This document shows, piece after piece, positions 9,486-18,587 of a stretch of 25,882 bases of DNA. Source of the DNA: a virus. Lineage: Duplodnaviria > Caudoviricetes. Position 1 is the stretch's first letter; each line of letters begins with the position of its first letter. Location of the stretch: IMG/VR virus record IMGVR_UViG_3300025078_000019, positions 1-25,882 of that record, one strand, 5' to 3'. A program made the translations under genes and the position numbers. The notes under the pieces are model-generated. The model saw nothing but the letters and a program-made list of their open reading frames with translations. It was not told where the DNA came from and did not search any database.

Positions 9486-9956
9486 ATGTCTAAAGAAGAT
9501 AAAGTGAAAAAACAATTTACAAAAAGTGATAAAGCTAAACGAGGCTGGTGGGCAAGCGTTGTATTTATGGCGCTGATTTGTGAGCTTATATATTTCTTAT
9601 CAACAACAAAAATTGTAGAAGAAAACCGTGATATATTAATTGGAATTATTGGAATGCTCACAGGTAGTATATCTTCAATGTTGGCAATAGCTAGTGGTAG
9701 AGACCCATCAGAAGTTGAAGAACTCAAAGATGAATTATCCAGCGCAAATTCTGATCGTGCTGCTTTAATAGCACGCCTGAGAGATTCGCAAATTCAAATG
9801 CAGCTGCTAAGAGAACAAATATTTGAATTACAAAATGCAGTCATTAATAAACTATCAATGTTTAGTAGAGGAGACAAACCAATAAAAACAAAAGACGCGT
9901 CAGAAGTTATTCTTCACGACGAAGTAAATCAATGGTTACCTAAGATTGAAGATTGA
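9486..9956 (+). CDS. 2-TM protein with C-terminal coiled coil
   Basis: Two hydrophobic helices (WWASVVFMALICELIYFL; ILIGIIGMLTGSISSMLAIA) then a heptad-like segment; 10 nt after the cyclase stop. Confidence 0.75.
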   Translation: MSKEDKVKKQFTKSDKAKRGWWASVVFMALICELIYFLSTTKIVEENRDILIGIIGMLTGSISSMLAIASGRDPSEVEELKDELSSANSDRAALIARLRDSQIQMQLLREQIFELQNAVINKLSMFSRGDKPIKTKDASEVILHDEVNQWLPKIED

Positions 9957-10152
9957 AAGATACTTGATATTCAAATAAAGAAATATTAGTAGCACTAGTA
10001 ATTGGAGACCACTCACTTGAAGATGAATTATACTGTAAATAATCTCCATTACTTGGAGTACTTCCAATATCACTTAAATTCGTTAAAGCAACAGAAACTT
10101 CTCTGCTAATGTCGGGAGATTGACCTGCAACTTTTAATTTATTATGACTCAC
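9940..10152 (-). pseudogene. Truncated paralog of the fibre-like genes at 10751 and 11398
   Basis: GTG start with GGAG RBS. MSHNKLKV...P...L.D...GDYLQYN matches the N-termini of the two ~210-aa paralogs but ends at 70 aa, overlapping a convergent gene. Confidence 0.5.
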
Positions 10153-10211
10153 TGAATAATCTCCGCTAATGTAGTTTTATTATCTCAATATATAATTATA
10201 CATCTAAAATA

Positions 10212-10292
10212 TTAACTATTCCACCATCCATCAAAAAGCCAAAAGATATTTGTTCATGGTGCTATTGGACGAACTGCGTTCATAAACAAAAG
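10212..10292 (-). pseudogene. Possible decayed 3' remnant of the T5orf172/GIY-YIG gene
   Basis: Across frameshifts reads FVYE...HEQISFG/FDGWWNS* versus FSYD...YENIIFGSLDDWWHK* at 12102. Confidence 0.4.
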
Positions 10293-10372
10293 TATTGATA
10301 ATATACATCATTTTAATGACTTTCTATTTTTGTTTTAAAATTACAGCCTATAGTATTTTCGTTTTACAGATA

Positions 10373-10738
10373 TCAACTAATTACACCACGCCAGTAAACT
10401 GTGGCAAATTCTCCTGATGTTTTTGATACTTGTGGTAGTTGTGGAATTAAATAACCAAAGTATTTATCATTTTCATTAGCTACTTTAATAAGATTTCCAT
10501 CAACAGTTATTGGGTAAAACTCACCATTCCAATCAAATTTTAGCTTTGCACATGTAACACCACTAATATGTATTTTTGCATAATAAATTTGAGTATCTTC
10601 GTCTTGATAACTATTAGCAACAACACCTACAATTAATGAATGATCTATATTATCAAATGGAGTAACAAGTGGGCCATTTTTTTTGACAATTGTGCCTACT
10701 TCTAAAAGATCTGCTGTTTTAAACGTACAAAAAGCCAT
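10373..10738 (-). CDS. Putative virion structural/fibre-associated protein
   Basis: 121 aa; IVGVV...A.I.ISG pattern seen in phage decoration/fibre-chaperone-like folds; AGGA RBS. Confidence 0.45.
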   Translation of the reverse strand: MAFCTFKTADLLEVGTIVKKNGPLVTPFDNIDHSLIVGVVANSYQDEDTQIYYAKIHISGVTCAKLKFDWNGEFYPITVDGNLIKVANENDKYFGYLIPQLPQVSKTSGEFATVYWRGVIS

Positions 10739-10750
10739 AATTATATTCCT

Positions 10751-11401
10751 TTAATTTAATCTATATACTGCAATTGCTTGCGAGTTAATTGTTGAACCGC
10801 CTATTGTTTGTGCTGCATTAGCAGTAACAACTGGGTAAACAAATTGGTTTGAACCTGCGCTGTGTGAAGCAATTGCGTAAAAAGCGCGACTAGGAGAATT
10901 ATATGAACAATAAGAATAATTGCCAGACACAGAAGCACTTGAACTTGATCCTGGACTCCATTTAAGTTGACTATATCCAGAAGAACTATTCCAGGATGGG
11001 TTAGGATGGTGTTCAAAAAAATAATTACCTGCTGGTATATAAACTTGTGCAGTCACTCTTGAATTGCCACTTGCATATTGAACTTCTGGTGCAGTTGCAG
11101 TTGTCCCGATGTCATTGCTTACTAATGTAACAGGTGCTCCTCTATTGTCAATGTATTGAGTTACCCATCCATAAGCTGTAACGCCATAGTTGCCTGATGT
11201 TGTTGTATTTTGTACATAGAAATATTCGTCAAGAGTAGTAGTATTTGATGTTGAAATTGTATTGAAGTCATAACTATTAGATAAACCTGTTATTGTTTCG
11301 CCGCTACTAGGTGTATCGCTAATTAAGTCTACTATTTTCAATTCAATGTTATTTGAAGAGTCTGGAGTAATATTATTTACTTTTTCGTTTTTATATGTCA
11401 T
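10751..11401 (-). CDS. Putative tail fibre / receptor-binding subunit
   Basis: Ser/Thr/Gly-rich; IPAGNYFF motif typical of C1q-like fibre heads; shared N-terminus with its neighbour. Confidence 0.55.
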   Translation of the reverse strand: MTYKNEKVNNITPDSSNNIELKIVDLISDTPSSGETITGLSNSYDFNTISTSNTTTLDEYFYVQNTTTSGNYGVTAYGWVTQYIDNRGAPVTLVSNDIGTTATAPEVQYASGNSRVTAQVYIPAGNYFFEHHPNPSWNSSSGYSQLKWSPGSSSSASVSGNYSYCSYNSPSRAFYAIASHSAGSNQFVYPVVTANAAQTIGGSTINSQAIAVYRLN

Positions 11402-12021
11402 GTTTTAACCTGCATTACAAATAAGTGTCCGTATTTTGATTGATTCGAGGTCGTAGTACTATTTGCTGATGAGATTGTATCTATATTTAAGAAAATAGTA
11501 GATGTTGAAGTTAGAGAAAGCATTGCAACAGACTCATAAGGATATGAACCTCCGCTTGCAATGTCATCATAGCTAGCGCCAAGTATGCCGTAGTATGATG
11601 CTGCGGTTTTAAATCTATAGGTCATATTAGGATTAGCACTAGATGTAAAATCTCCAACACAGGTACCTCTTATATAGTATTTACCTGCTGGCAGTGTAAC
11701 ACTTTCATACCAATTAGTCTCTCCACTTAACAAGTTAAGTGTAGCTCCTGGTATTTGATTAAAAGGACTTGATGAATAGAAGCAAACCTTGTCATTTAAT
11801 GACAGGGTTTTTGGGTAATTACTTGTTCCGCCATCACCAATAAAAATACTAGGCGCACCAGTACCAGGCGTATTCGTAACAACAAAGTCACTACCATTAT
11901 ATACCAAGTATGTTCCTGCAGCTAATGTACCACTTAAATCATCTAGATTTGAAATATTTAAAGTTATATTACCAGAAGAGTTTGGTTTTTGCGATGAAAC
12001 TGTTGTTGTATTGTAAGTCAC
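11398..12021 (-). CDS. Putative tail fibre / receptor-binding subunit
   Basis: GTG start at 12021 with GAGG RBS (VTYNTTTV...). LDDL...GTYLVYNG and VTLPAGKYYI motifs. Confidence 0.55.
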   Translation of the reverse strand: MTYNTTTVSSQKPNSSGNITLNISNLDDLSGTLAAGTYLVYNGSDFVVTNTPGTGAPSIFIGDGGTSNYPKTLSLNDKVCFYSSSPFNQIPGATLNLLSGETNWYESVTLPAGKYYIRGTCVGDFTSSANPNMTYRFKTAASYYGILGASYDDIASGGSYPYESVAMLSLTSTSTIFLNIDTISSANSTTTSNQSKYGHLFVMQVKT

Positions 12022-12101
12022 TATAAACCTCATTTTTTTTGCCACTAATACTAAGTATTAAAAAAATACTTTATTTTAATGACTTTCTATCTTAACATTA
12101 A

Positions 12102-12395
12102 TTATTTGTGCCACCAATCATCTAAAGAGCCAAAGATTATATTTTCGTAAAGACTGTCAGGTATACTTCCTACGCAATCGTAACTAAACCACTCACCTTC
12201 AAGGCGATATCTACCTAGTCTCTCGTGAACAATTTTTTCTTTCCACCCTTCTTTTTCAAAAGAAGCTATTAATTTAAGCTTATTAGGATTACCAGTTTGA
12301 AGCTGTTTTAATCTTTTTTGCGGATTTTTAGATCTACCTATTTTTATCATTCCAGTTACATCTGACTGAATTATGTATAAATCGTCATTATTCAT
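12102..12395 (-). CDS. T5orf172 / GIY-YIG-like nuclease family protein
   Basis: LYIIQ...IKIGRSKNPQKRLKQLQTGNP...EK.VH...GEWF; likely start MNNDD at 12395. Confidence 0.88.
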   Translation of the reverse strand: MNNDDLYIIQSDVTGMIKIGRSKNPQKRLKQLQTGNPNKLKLIASFEKEGWKEKIVHERLGRYRLEGEWFSYDCVGSIPDSLYENIIFGSLDDWWHK

Positions 12396-12440
12396 TTTAT
12401 CTCTCATAATTATACTTAAATATAAAACTAAAGGTATTAT

Positions 12441-13703
12441 ATGATTATTATAGCAGAAAACAAAAAAAACCATTATTTAATTAAAAAATTTTTAATAGAA
12501 ACAGGAATGGAAAAAGATAGTGCCAAAAGACACTTCGGGTTAGAGCCAGTCTCAAATATACCATCAGGTGACAATCCCGAGCAATACGTAAAATTAGGTC
12601 TAAAACCCATCAGTAGCCAAAACATCCATACTGATACAGAAGTGATTAAGCCTCACAATAGGAAATTTCAAGAGTTAGTTAAAAAAAATCAGAGGTACAG
12701 TAAGTTGACAGACCTTGCTAAAAAGGGCTTTTTAACTTTTGGAATGATCGTGACTCTTTTTAGCGCTATATCAAGCGAAAAGCATGCTACTGATAAAATA
12801 CACCCTTCATCTCAAAAAATAATTGAAGATGCTGTCGAAGAAGAAATGATTTCTAGAAATCCAGACAATGTTAAAGAGATTGAGTTCACTTTTGACGTCA
12901 TGCAACAAAACAATGTTGAACAACAAAATAATGTTGAAAGTGTAATTATAGATTACGAAAAAGCTATCCCTTTTGACGAAATAATAGACTTAATAATTAA
13001 ACATGAAAATTTTAGATCAACACCTTATCCAGACCATAAGCAATGGAGTATTGGATATGGTTCAAGAGTTTCAGATAAAAGTGGTAGTTTTATTAACAAA
13101 GCTAAACACAACAAACTTCGACCAAAGTATAATAAGCTTTATAGAAAATATCAAAGAACAGGAAGCAGATTAGATCTAGATAAACTTTTAAGATGGACAA
13201 ATAAAAGTTATGTTGGCAGTTGGTATAAAGATTTACATAATTTAAGTGGAAATACAAAAAAAGCTACTGTGACGCCTCTCACAATTGCGCAAGGAAAAGT
13301 AATGTTAGTTAAACATTTAAAAAATGAGCTATCAAGACTTCAAGCAAATGCTGACTTTAATATTAATGAAATGCCTACAAATATCCAGAAAGCTCTATCA
13401 GACATGGCTTATAATATGGGTGGTGCTTTTATTGTTAAGTTTAAAAAGTTTCATAAATGTTTAACATTAATAGACAAAATACAGAAAAAGAAAAACATTA
13501 CAAAAATAGATCAAGACGTATTAGAAGACTTATTTGTTGAAGCAAGTCAAGAAATACAAAGTTCTTTATACTTTAAAGAACTTCCTACAAGAGCTTCAAC
13601 AAATATAAAACTAGTACAGAATGCAATAGAAAACTTTAAAATTATTGACAAAAACTTTCAAAATGAATCACTTAGAAAAGTATATAAACACTTGTTTGTG
13701 TAG
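12441..13703 (+). CDS. Lysozyme (GH24/T4-lysozyme-like) with long N-terminal extension and a hydrophobic segment
   Basis: IIKHENFRSTPYPDHKQWSIGYG (catalytic E-x8-D) and LSDMAYNMG...KFKKF; hydrophobic GFLTFGMIVTLFSAIS; QQNNVE x2. Confidence 0.8.
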   Translation: MIIIAENKKNHYLIKKFLIETGMEKDSAKRHFGLEPVSNIPSGDNPEQYVKLGLKPISSQNIHTDTEVIKPHNRKFQELVKKNQRYSKLTDLAKKGFLTFGMIVTLFSAISSEKHATDKIHPSSQKIIEDAVEEEMISRNPDNVKEIEFTFDVMQQNNVEQQNNVESVIIDYEKAIPFDEIIDLIIKHENFRSTPYPDHKQWSIGYGSRVSDKSGSFINKAKHNKLRPKYNKLYRKYQRTGSRLDLDKLLRWTNKSYVGSWYKDLHNLSGNTKKATVTPLTIAQGKVMLVKHLKNELSRLQANADFNINEMPTNIQKALSDMAYNMGGAFIVKFKKFHKCLTLIDKIQKKKNITKIDQDVLEDLFVEASQEIQSSLYFKELPTRASTNIKLVQNAIENFKIIDKNFQNESLRKVYKHLFV

Positions 13704-13855
13704 GGCATTAAAAAGAAAAAGAATTTAATCCTGTTAACACTTTATCATCAACCACTATTATCTAATCATAAAGATTATAGATTTAATCTAGAAGTAAACG
13801 TCAGAACAATATTGATATATTATTAAAACAAAACTAGCTTACACATAATAAACTT

Positions 13856-15499
13856 CTAATTTTCTTCTGTTAACTTGATTAAATTGTCAATTTGACCTAG
13901 CGCGTAGTCTTTATTATACTTCTTAGTAGACATATTTGCTACTCCAAAAAAAGAAAGAACTTCTGTAGAGATGCCAATTTCAATACCTTTACTTGCCATT
14001 GCATGCTGGAGCTCAGAATAATGTTCAATATCATATACTTTACCTTCGAAAACAACTTCTCCTGCTTTAATTGTTTTTTTCATTTTTTTAAATAATTTAA
14101 TTGCGCTATCTTTTTCTAAATTTTTACTTTCTAAAAACACATGCAATGTCTCTATTCTTTCTTCAAGACTATGCAAATATTGATCCCAACGAGTAGACTC
14201 TATTTCTAATTTAAATTTACCGTCTTCTAAAGGACTAATTCCACCGCCGCCAATTAACATATTAACAAGCAAGGATGCATTTTTTATCATTTTACTTTTA
14301 CCCTCACTGTTTAAATCATCTAAATTGTTTATTTCTAAATCATATAATGCATTTGTTCTTTTTAATAAAAACTTTACAACATCTTTTAGACTAAATATTT
14401 TTTGATTTTTATCATTCATATCTTTAACAAAACCATAGTAAGCATCATTTGAATTTTGTCTAGCATCATCAATGTTCATACTTAAAGCATGCCCTAATTC
14501 ATGCATGATTATTTCTAACGTTGCCGAATCTGATAATAATATTAGACCTCCATGAGAACCAGGCTTTACTTCTGTTAACTCAATACTTACTCCTTTCAAA
14601 TCGGAATCTTTAATAGTTCTAGCTATTGCTTGATTAAAAAATTCTTTAAAAAAATAATAAGGATAAGTTAGCCCTACTTCTTTTTTGTTTTCTATTTTTT
14701 TAAATATTATATTTGATATTTTTTTCAATATGTTCTGTTTTAAGTCGGGAAGCTCTTTGTTGTCTTTTGTTACTTTTAGATTTTTTTCAAAAAATATTTT
14801 TGTAATTTGATTTGCATATTCTTTATACTTTTGTGGATCCATTTTACCAACATATAAGTCAAACTCGCTTGTTATATTGATTTTTTTAAGATCATTTGAT
14901 TTACTTTTGTTTATTTCTGTAATTGCATTATATATCTTTTCAGTTGCAGCTTCACTAGAGTCATGCCCTAGACAGTGAGCAGTCACTTTAGTATACATAC
15001 CTGGAAATAATTTTACTATATTCTTATCTTCTAAATCATTATATCCTTTTTCAAAAGCCTTTAAGAACATTTTGTTAATTTCTTGTTCGTTTTTACCACC
15101 AAAAACTTTATTTAAAATACCGCTTTCATCATTTAAATCATTAGGACTAAGTCCATCCATTCTAGTAAAAACTTCACAAGCTTTTTTATAATTTTCAAGG
15201 CTAACGTTAACACCTACACCTTCACCTCTGTCTGCAACTTGTTGATACGTAGGGACAGGTTGTTTATACGTATGGACAGGGGTATCCGCGTGTGCTGTGC
15301 CTGTTAGTGACATTCCTTTCATCAACAACAAAGGAAATATTATAGAATTTTTAATTCCTTTCTCTCTTAATCTCTTTAAAAAGTTTTCATTTATTAAATT
15401 GTTTTTCAATAAACTTACTTCAAGAAGACATACTTTTTCTTCTACTAATAAAAAATTATTCCATTCTTTTACTAATACCTTATACTCTTGTCTTTTCAT
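13856..15499 (-). CDS. Putative zincin metallopeptidase with N-terminal leader and internal signal-like peptide
   Basis: IIMHELGHAL (HExxH); leader MKRQEYKVLVKEWNNFLLVE. Confidence 0.6.
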   Translation of the reverse strand: MKRQEYKVLVKEWNNFLLVEEKVCLLEVSLLKNNLINENFLKRLREKGIKNSIIFPLLLMKGMSLTGTAHADTPVHTYKQPVPTYQQVADRGEGVGVNVSLENYKKACEVFTRMDGLSPNDLNDESGILNKVFGGKNEQEINKMFLKAFEKGYNDLEDKNIVKLFPGMYTKVTAHCLGHDSSEAATEKIYNAITEINKSKSNDLKKINITSEFDLYVGKMDPQKYKEYANQITKIFFEKNLKVTKDNKELPDLKQNILKKISNIIFKKIENKKEVGLTYPYYFFKEFFNQAIARTIKDSDLKGVSIELTEVKPGSHGGLILLSDSATLEIIMHELGHALSMNIDDARQNSNDAYYGFVKDMNDKNQKIFSLKDVVKFLLKRTNALYDLEINNLDDLNSEGKSKMIKNASLLVNMLIGGGGISPLEDGKFKLEIESTRWDQYLHSLEERIETLHVFLESKNLEKDSAIKLFKKMKKTIKAGEVVFEGKVYDIEHYSELQHAMASKGIEIGISTEVLSFFGVANMSTKKYNKDYALGQIDNLIKLTEEN

Positions 15500-15525
15500 T
15501 TATTTAATCCTTGAATTCTAAGCTA

Positions 15526-15571
15526 ATATATTAATCATTTTCTAAATAATTTAATATATCATCACAATTTT
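15526..15571. repeat. 46-bp exact direct repeat, copy 1 (copy 2 at 16243-16288)
   Basis: ATATATTAATCATTTTCTAAATAATTTAATATATCATCACAATTTT at both positions. Confidence 0.95.
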
Positions 15572-15713
15572 AATAACTAGCTTAAGCCTTTTTATAGAAA
15601 ATTCTATAAACTTTACGTATGATACAAAACCGTCAGAAGACATCTTAACAAATGACTTAGTTGTCAAGTCTAACTTGGTTTACGAATGGTGATTAGTCGA
15701 TAGTGTGATGACT

Positions 15714-16217
15714 TTAGTCAATATAAAATTTAAAGTCTTTATATAATTCCATTTCACCTTTAAGATACTTAAAATATTCAGCATCTTTTTCGCCTATTAC
15801 ACTAAAATCATCTAAGTTTTCATGGGCATCCTCTATTATTGCTAAATGTCTTTCAATACTTTTGATTATACTTAGTTTTATTTTACTCGGGTTTTTATCA
15901 CCTTTTAACTGCTTCAACAGGTCTTTAGCAGCTTTTATTGTCTCTTTTAATTCTGCTTTGTTCCAATTATGTCTAGTCATAGTTTCTACAGTTTTTTCAG
16001 CAGCAGCTGGGTTATCCATAGAATTTGTATTAATATCAAGTTTATTGCATGCAGCAGCCATGCTAAACAGAGAAACAGCAATTGCACCTTTTAAACCTAA
16101 CCTTCCATATTCTTCAGCAAAGTCTTGCATAAAACCTTCACTAATTGTTTTTTTATCCAGACTTTTTAATAACTCTTCTCTTATAATTGCTCTTAGCTGA
16201 CTTTCTTTTATTAACAT
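15714..16217 (-). CDS. Leader-bearing hypothetical protein with internal lipobox-like motif
   Basis: MLIKESQLRAIIREE leader; LKGAIAVSLFSMAAAC; GAGG RBS. Confidence 0.75.
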   Translation of the reverse strand: MLIKESQLRAIIREELLKSLDKKTISEGFMQDFAEEYGRLGLKGAIAVSLFSMAAACNKLDINTNSMDNPAAAEKTVETMTRHNWNKAELKETIKAAKDLLKQLKGDKNPSKIKLSIIKSIERHLAIIEDAHENLDDFSVIGEKDAEYFKYLKGEMELYKDFKFYID

Positions 16218-16242
16218 AATTTACCTCATTTATAATATTAAT

Positions 16243-16288
16243 ATATATTAATCATTTTCTAAATAATTTAATATATCATCACAATTTT
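16243..16288. repeat. 46-bp exact direct repeat, copy 2 (3' end of the lipoprotein gene)
   Basis: Identical to 15526-15571. Confidence 0.95.
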
Positions 16289-16493
16289 TTAACTGCTTTA
16301 TTCTTTCTATTGACGCGTCACCACAATTAGAAATATGCTCAAATGCGCCACGATGTAATCCCATACAATCAGTTACTACATTCAAAATCTGCTCACACTC
16401 AGACTTTGACGCATCAATCTTCTTATACGTTCTACTACAAGAAACTGCAGATGCAACAAAAAATACAACACATATCATTATTTTCTTAAACAT
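16248..16493 (-). CDS. Small Cys-rich lipoprotein
   Basis: MFKK + hydrophobic stretch + AVSC lipobox; C-x9-C-x13-C-x13-C. Confidence 0.7.
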   Translation of the reverse strand: MFKKIMICVVFFVASAVSCSRTYKKIDASKSECEQILNVVTDCMGLHRGAFEHISNCGDASIERIKQLKNCDDILNYLEND

Positions 16494-16528
16494 TGTAAAC
16501 TCACTAAAACTCTTATAATATAAATATT

Positions 16529-16672
16529 ATGCATTACTCAATAACACAAACACAATTAACTTGTATAAACATTCTTATTAGATCTCTCCAAGAAGCTATC
16601 AATAGAAACTGTTTCGACGATGATGAAATGACAAGAATACATAAAACTATAGACAAACTAAATAATGTTTAA
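16529..16672 (+). CDS. Small hypothetical protein (47 aa), below the ORF-track cutoff
   Basis: MHYSITQTQLTCINILIRSLQEAINRNCFDDDEMTRIHKTIDKLNNV*; fills the gap between two genes; TATAAATA at 16519-16526. Confidence 0.55.
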   Translation: MHYSITQTQLTCINILIRSLQEAINRNCFDDDEMTRIHKTIDKLNNV

Positions 16673-16676
16673 AACA

Positions 16677-17513
16677 TCACAGCGTTATGCTCAAAAGGTT
16701 ATAACCTAAATCTTTTTCTAAATCTTTGATATAATTTAAAATTTCTGGCTCCTCTTTATAAAAGGCATACATTAAAACACTATCAACTTCACTCCAGTCA
16801 TTTGACAACTCTTCGCCTGAATTTATCATATTTTCTAATGAACCATACTGATACATTTTATTAGAACCTAACGGTCTATACATTAATGGCAAATCATCAT
16901 TATCCTTGTCAATCATTCCTTCTAGATTGTCTTTCCCATCTATACCATCACCTACCATATCACTTATTGTTAAATCATTAAAACTCATTTTTACGCTATT
17001 CAAATTAAACTCAGAATCAGCTCTTCTTGCATACCTTTCCCATACCTTTTTAGCGTCATCAGATACACTCATCCTGTCACTCATTAACGCTCCATTAAAA
17101 CGACAACTTATAATCTCTAACCCAATCTCATACAACAAAGGCCCAAACCCACCCGCAACCTCAGATTTCTTCACTTGATAAGATTCTCTACTATTACCTC
17201 TATTATCATTAACAAAAACATCTTTGTCAATAAGTCTATATCTTCCAGACTCATCTTTTATTTTATTAAAATATACAAAATTTGTTCTACCCAAATTATC
17301 AGAACCATAATTTAAAATCTGGACTCGTAACATTTTCGTATCATGCTCGAAAACGTCAACACTTAATTTAATATCTTTACCTGTCTCTTCTCTTAACATT
17401 TTTATTCTGTCAACTAAAGACTTAATCTTATTAATCCCACTAATATCAACTGGCGACTCGTTTAAATACTTATTCCAACTCTCAACGAGAATATTCCACT
17501 CTTTACGATTCAT
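16677..17513 (-). CDS. Leader-bearing GNAT-like acetyltransferase-fold protein
   Basis: GGFGPLLYEIGLE...LMSDRMSVSDDAKKVWERY resembles GNAT motifs A/B; leader MNRKEWNILVESWNKYLNE. Confidence 0.55.
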   Translation of the reverse strand: MNRKEWNILVESWNKYLNESPVDISGINKIKSLVDRIKMLREETGKDIKLSVDVFEHDTKMLRVQILNYGSDNLGRTNFVYFNKIKDESGRYRLIDKDVFVNDNRGNSRESYQVKKSEVAGGFGPLLYEIGLEIISCRFNGALMSDRMSVSDDAKKVWERYARRADSEFNLNSVKMSFNDLTISDMVGDGIDGKDNLEGMIDKDNDDLPLMYRPLGSNKMYQYGSLENMINSGEELSNDWSEVDSVLMYAFYKEEPEILNYIKDLEKDLGYNLLSITL

Positions 17514-17541
17514 AATTTTACTCGCTTTTTAGAATCTAAAT

Positions 17542-18528
17542 CTATATAATATCAAAATCTAATATAACAATATCACTTGGACTAGGATTGTCAACAATCT
17601 TTACTCCAAAGTTATCGTCATGCATATCACTTGTACTAATATAACCAAAAGCAGCTGATAATCTTTTAAAATCTTCATAAAACATTACATCTTCTATATC
17701 TTTAACATTTGCAAAATTACTAGCAGCATCATGAAACATCACATTACTTATTTTTGGCAATATTTTATCTAATTTACCAGAATTATCAAAATTACTAGTA
17801 ACTTTTTTTAATTTGTCACTAGCAACTTCTTTACCTTGTCTTTCTGGAGAATTCCTGTTAAACATCAACATCTCTCTATACTTTTCTTCATCATCTTTAC
17901 GATATGTATTTCTCCTCATTTCCGGAAGTCTTGTCATATAAACACACATCATTATAGTACTAACTACAAACTCTTTAAAACTCTTTGATGAACTCTTTGC
18001 TCTATTTTTGTCACCATGATCTAACACGTTCCAAAATGTAGGAAAAACGTTCTTCAATATTGTTATATCTTCAATGTCACTCAAAGGTCTAACTTTTTCA
18101 CAAATATACCAATAAGGCTTTTCATTGACTCTATCATACCCAAAAACTTTAATAAATATATCTGCAGCTGCACCACTATGCGCCTTAGTCAAACACATGT
18201 TTATCTCTTTCTCATTAGTTTCAGCTCCCATAGGGTTCATTGCTATTTTTAAAACCCACGGCTTCCCACTTATAGAAAATCCACTTCTAAAAGCACCCGA
18301 ATTTAAAAGCTCAATCCTCGGCTTATTACTATATGCAACATTCTCTAACTCCCCATAAATATAATGAGGCAAATCTTCTATACCCCCACTATAATCATCA
18401 CTTTCTAAATGAATTCTTAAATCCCTACTTACTTTATCTAACTTCTCACCAATAATGTCTGTTTCAGACCCATCACTAGAATTCATAATTTCTAACAAGA
18501 AATCTTTTATATACACTTCTAATAACAT
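17542..18528 (-). CDS. Leader-bearing protein-kinase-like protein
   Basis: SGAFR (Gly-loop), VLKIA (Lys), NEKE (helix C Glu), DMHDDN (catalytic loop), IVILDF. Confidence 0.75.
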   Translation of the reverse strand: MLLEVYIKDFLLEIMNSSDGSETDIIGEKLDKVSRDLRIHLESDDYSGGIEDLPHYIYGELENVAYSNKPRIELLNSGAFRSGFSISGKPWVLKIAMNPMGAETNEKEINMCLTKAHSGAAADIFIKVFGYDRVNEKPYWYICEKVRPLSDIEDITILKNVFPTFWNVLDHGDKNRAKSSSKSFKEFVVSTIMMCVYMTRLPEMRRNTYRKDDEEKYREMLMFNRNSPERQGKEVASDKLKKVTSNFDNSGKLDKILPKISNVMFHDAASNFANVKDIEDVMFYEDFKRLSAAFGYISTSDMHDDNFGVKIVDNPSPSDIVILDFDII

Positions 18529-18587
18529 ACGTTAACTCTCGTTTAATTCTATATTATAACTCTATATATTTAATCAAACCACAAATT

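Noticed and set aside
12102-12395. GIY-YIG gene as part of an intron or intein
   Set aside because: Free-standing; no interrupted host gene on either side.
15572-15713. Possible degenerate element B or small RNA downstream of the MLIKESQ gene
   Set aside because: Only scattered 4-5 nt matches (ACGT, CGTCA, AGACA); no convincing alignment or fold by eye.
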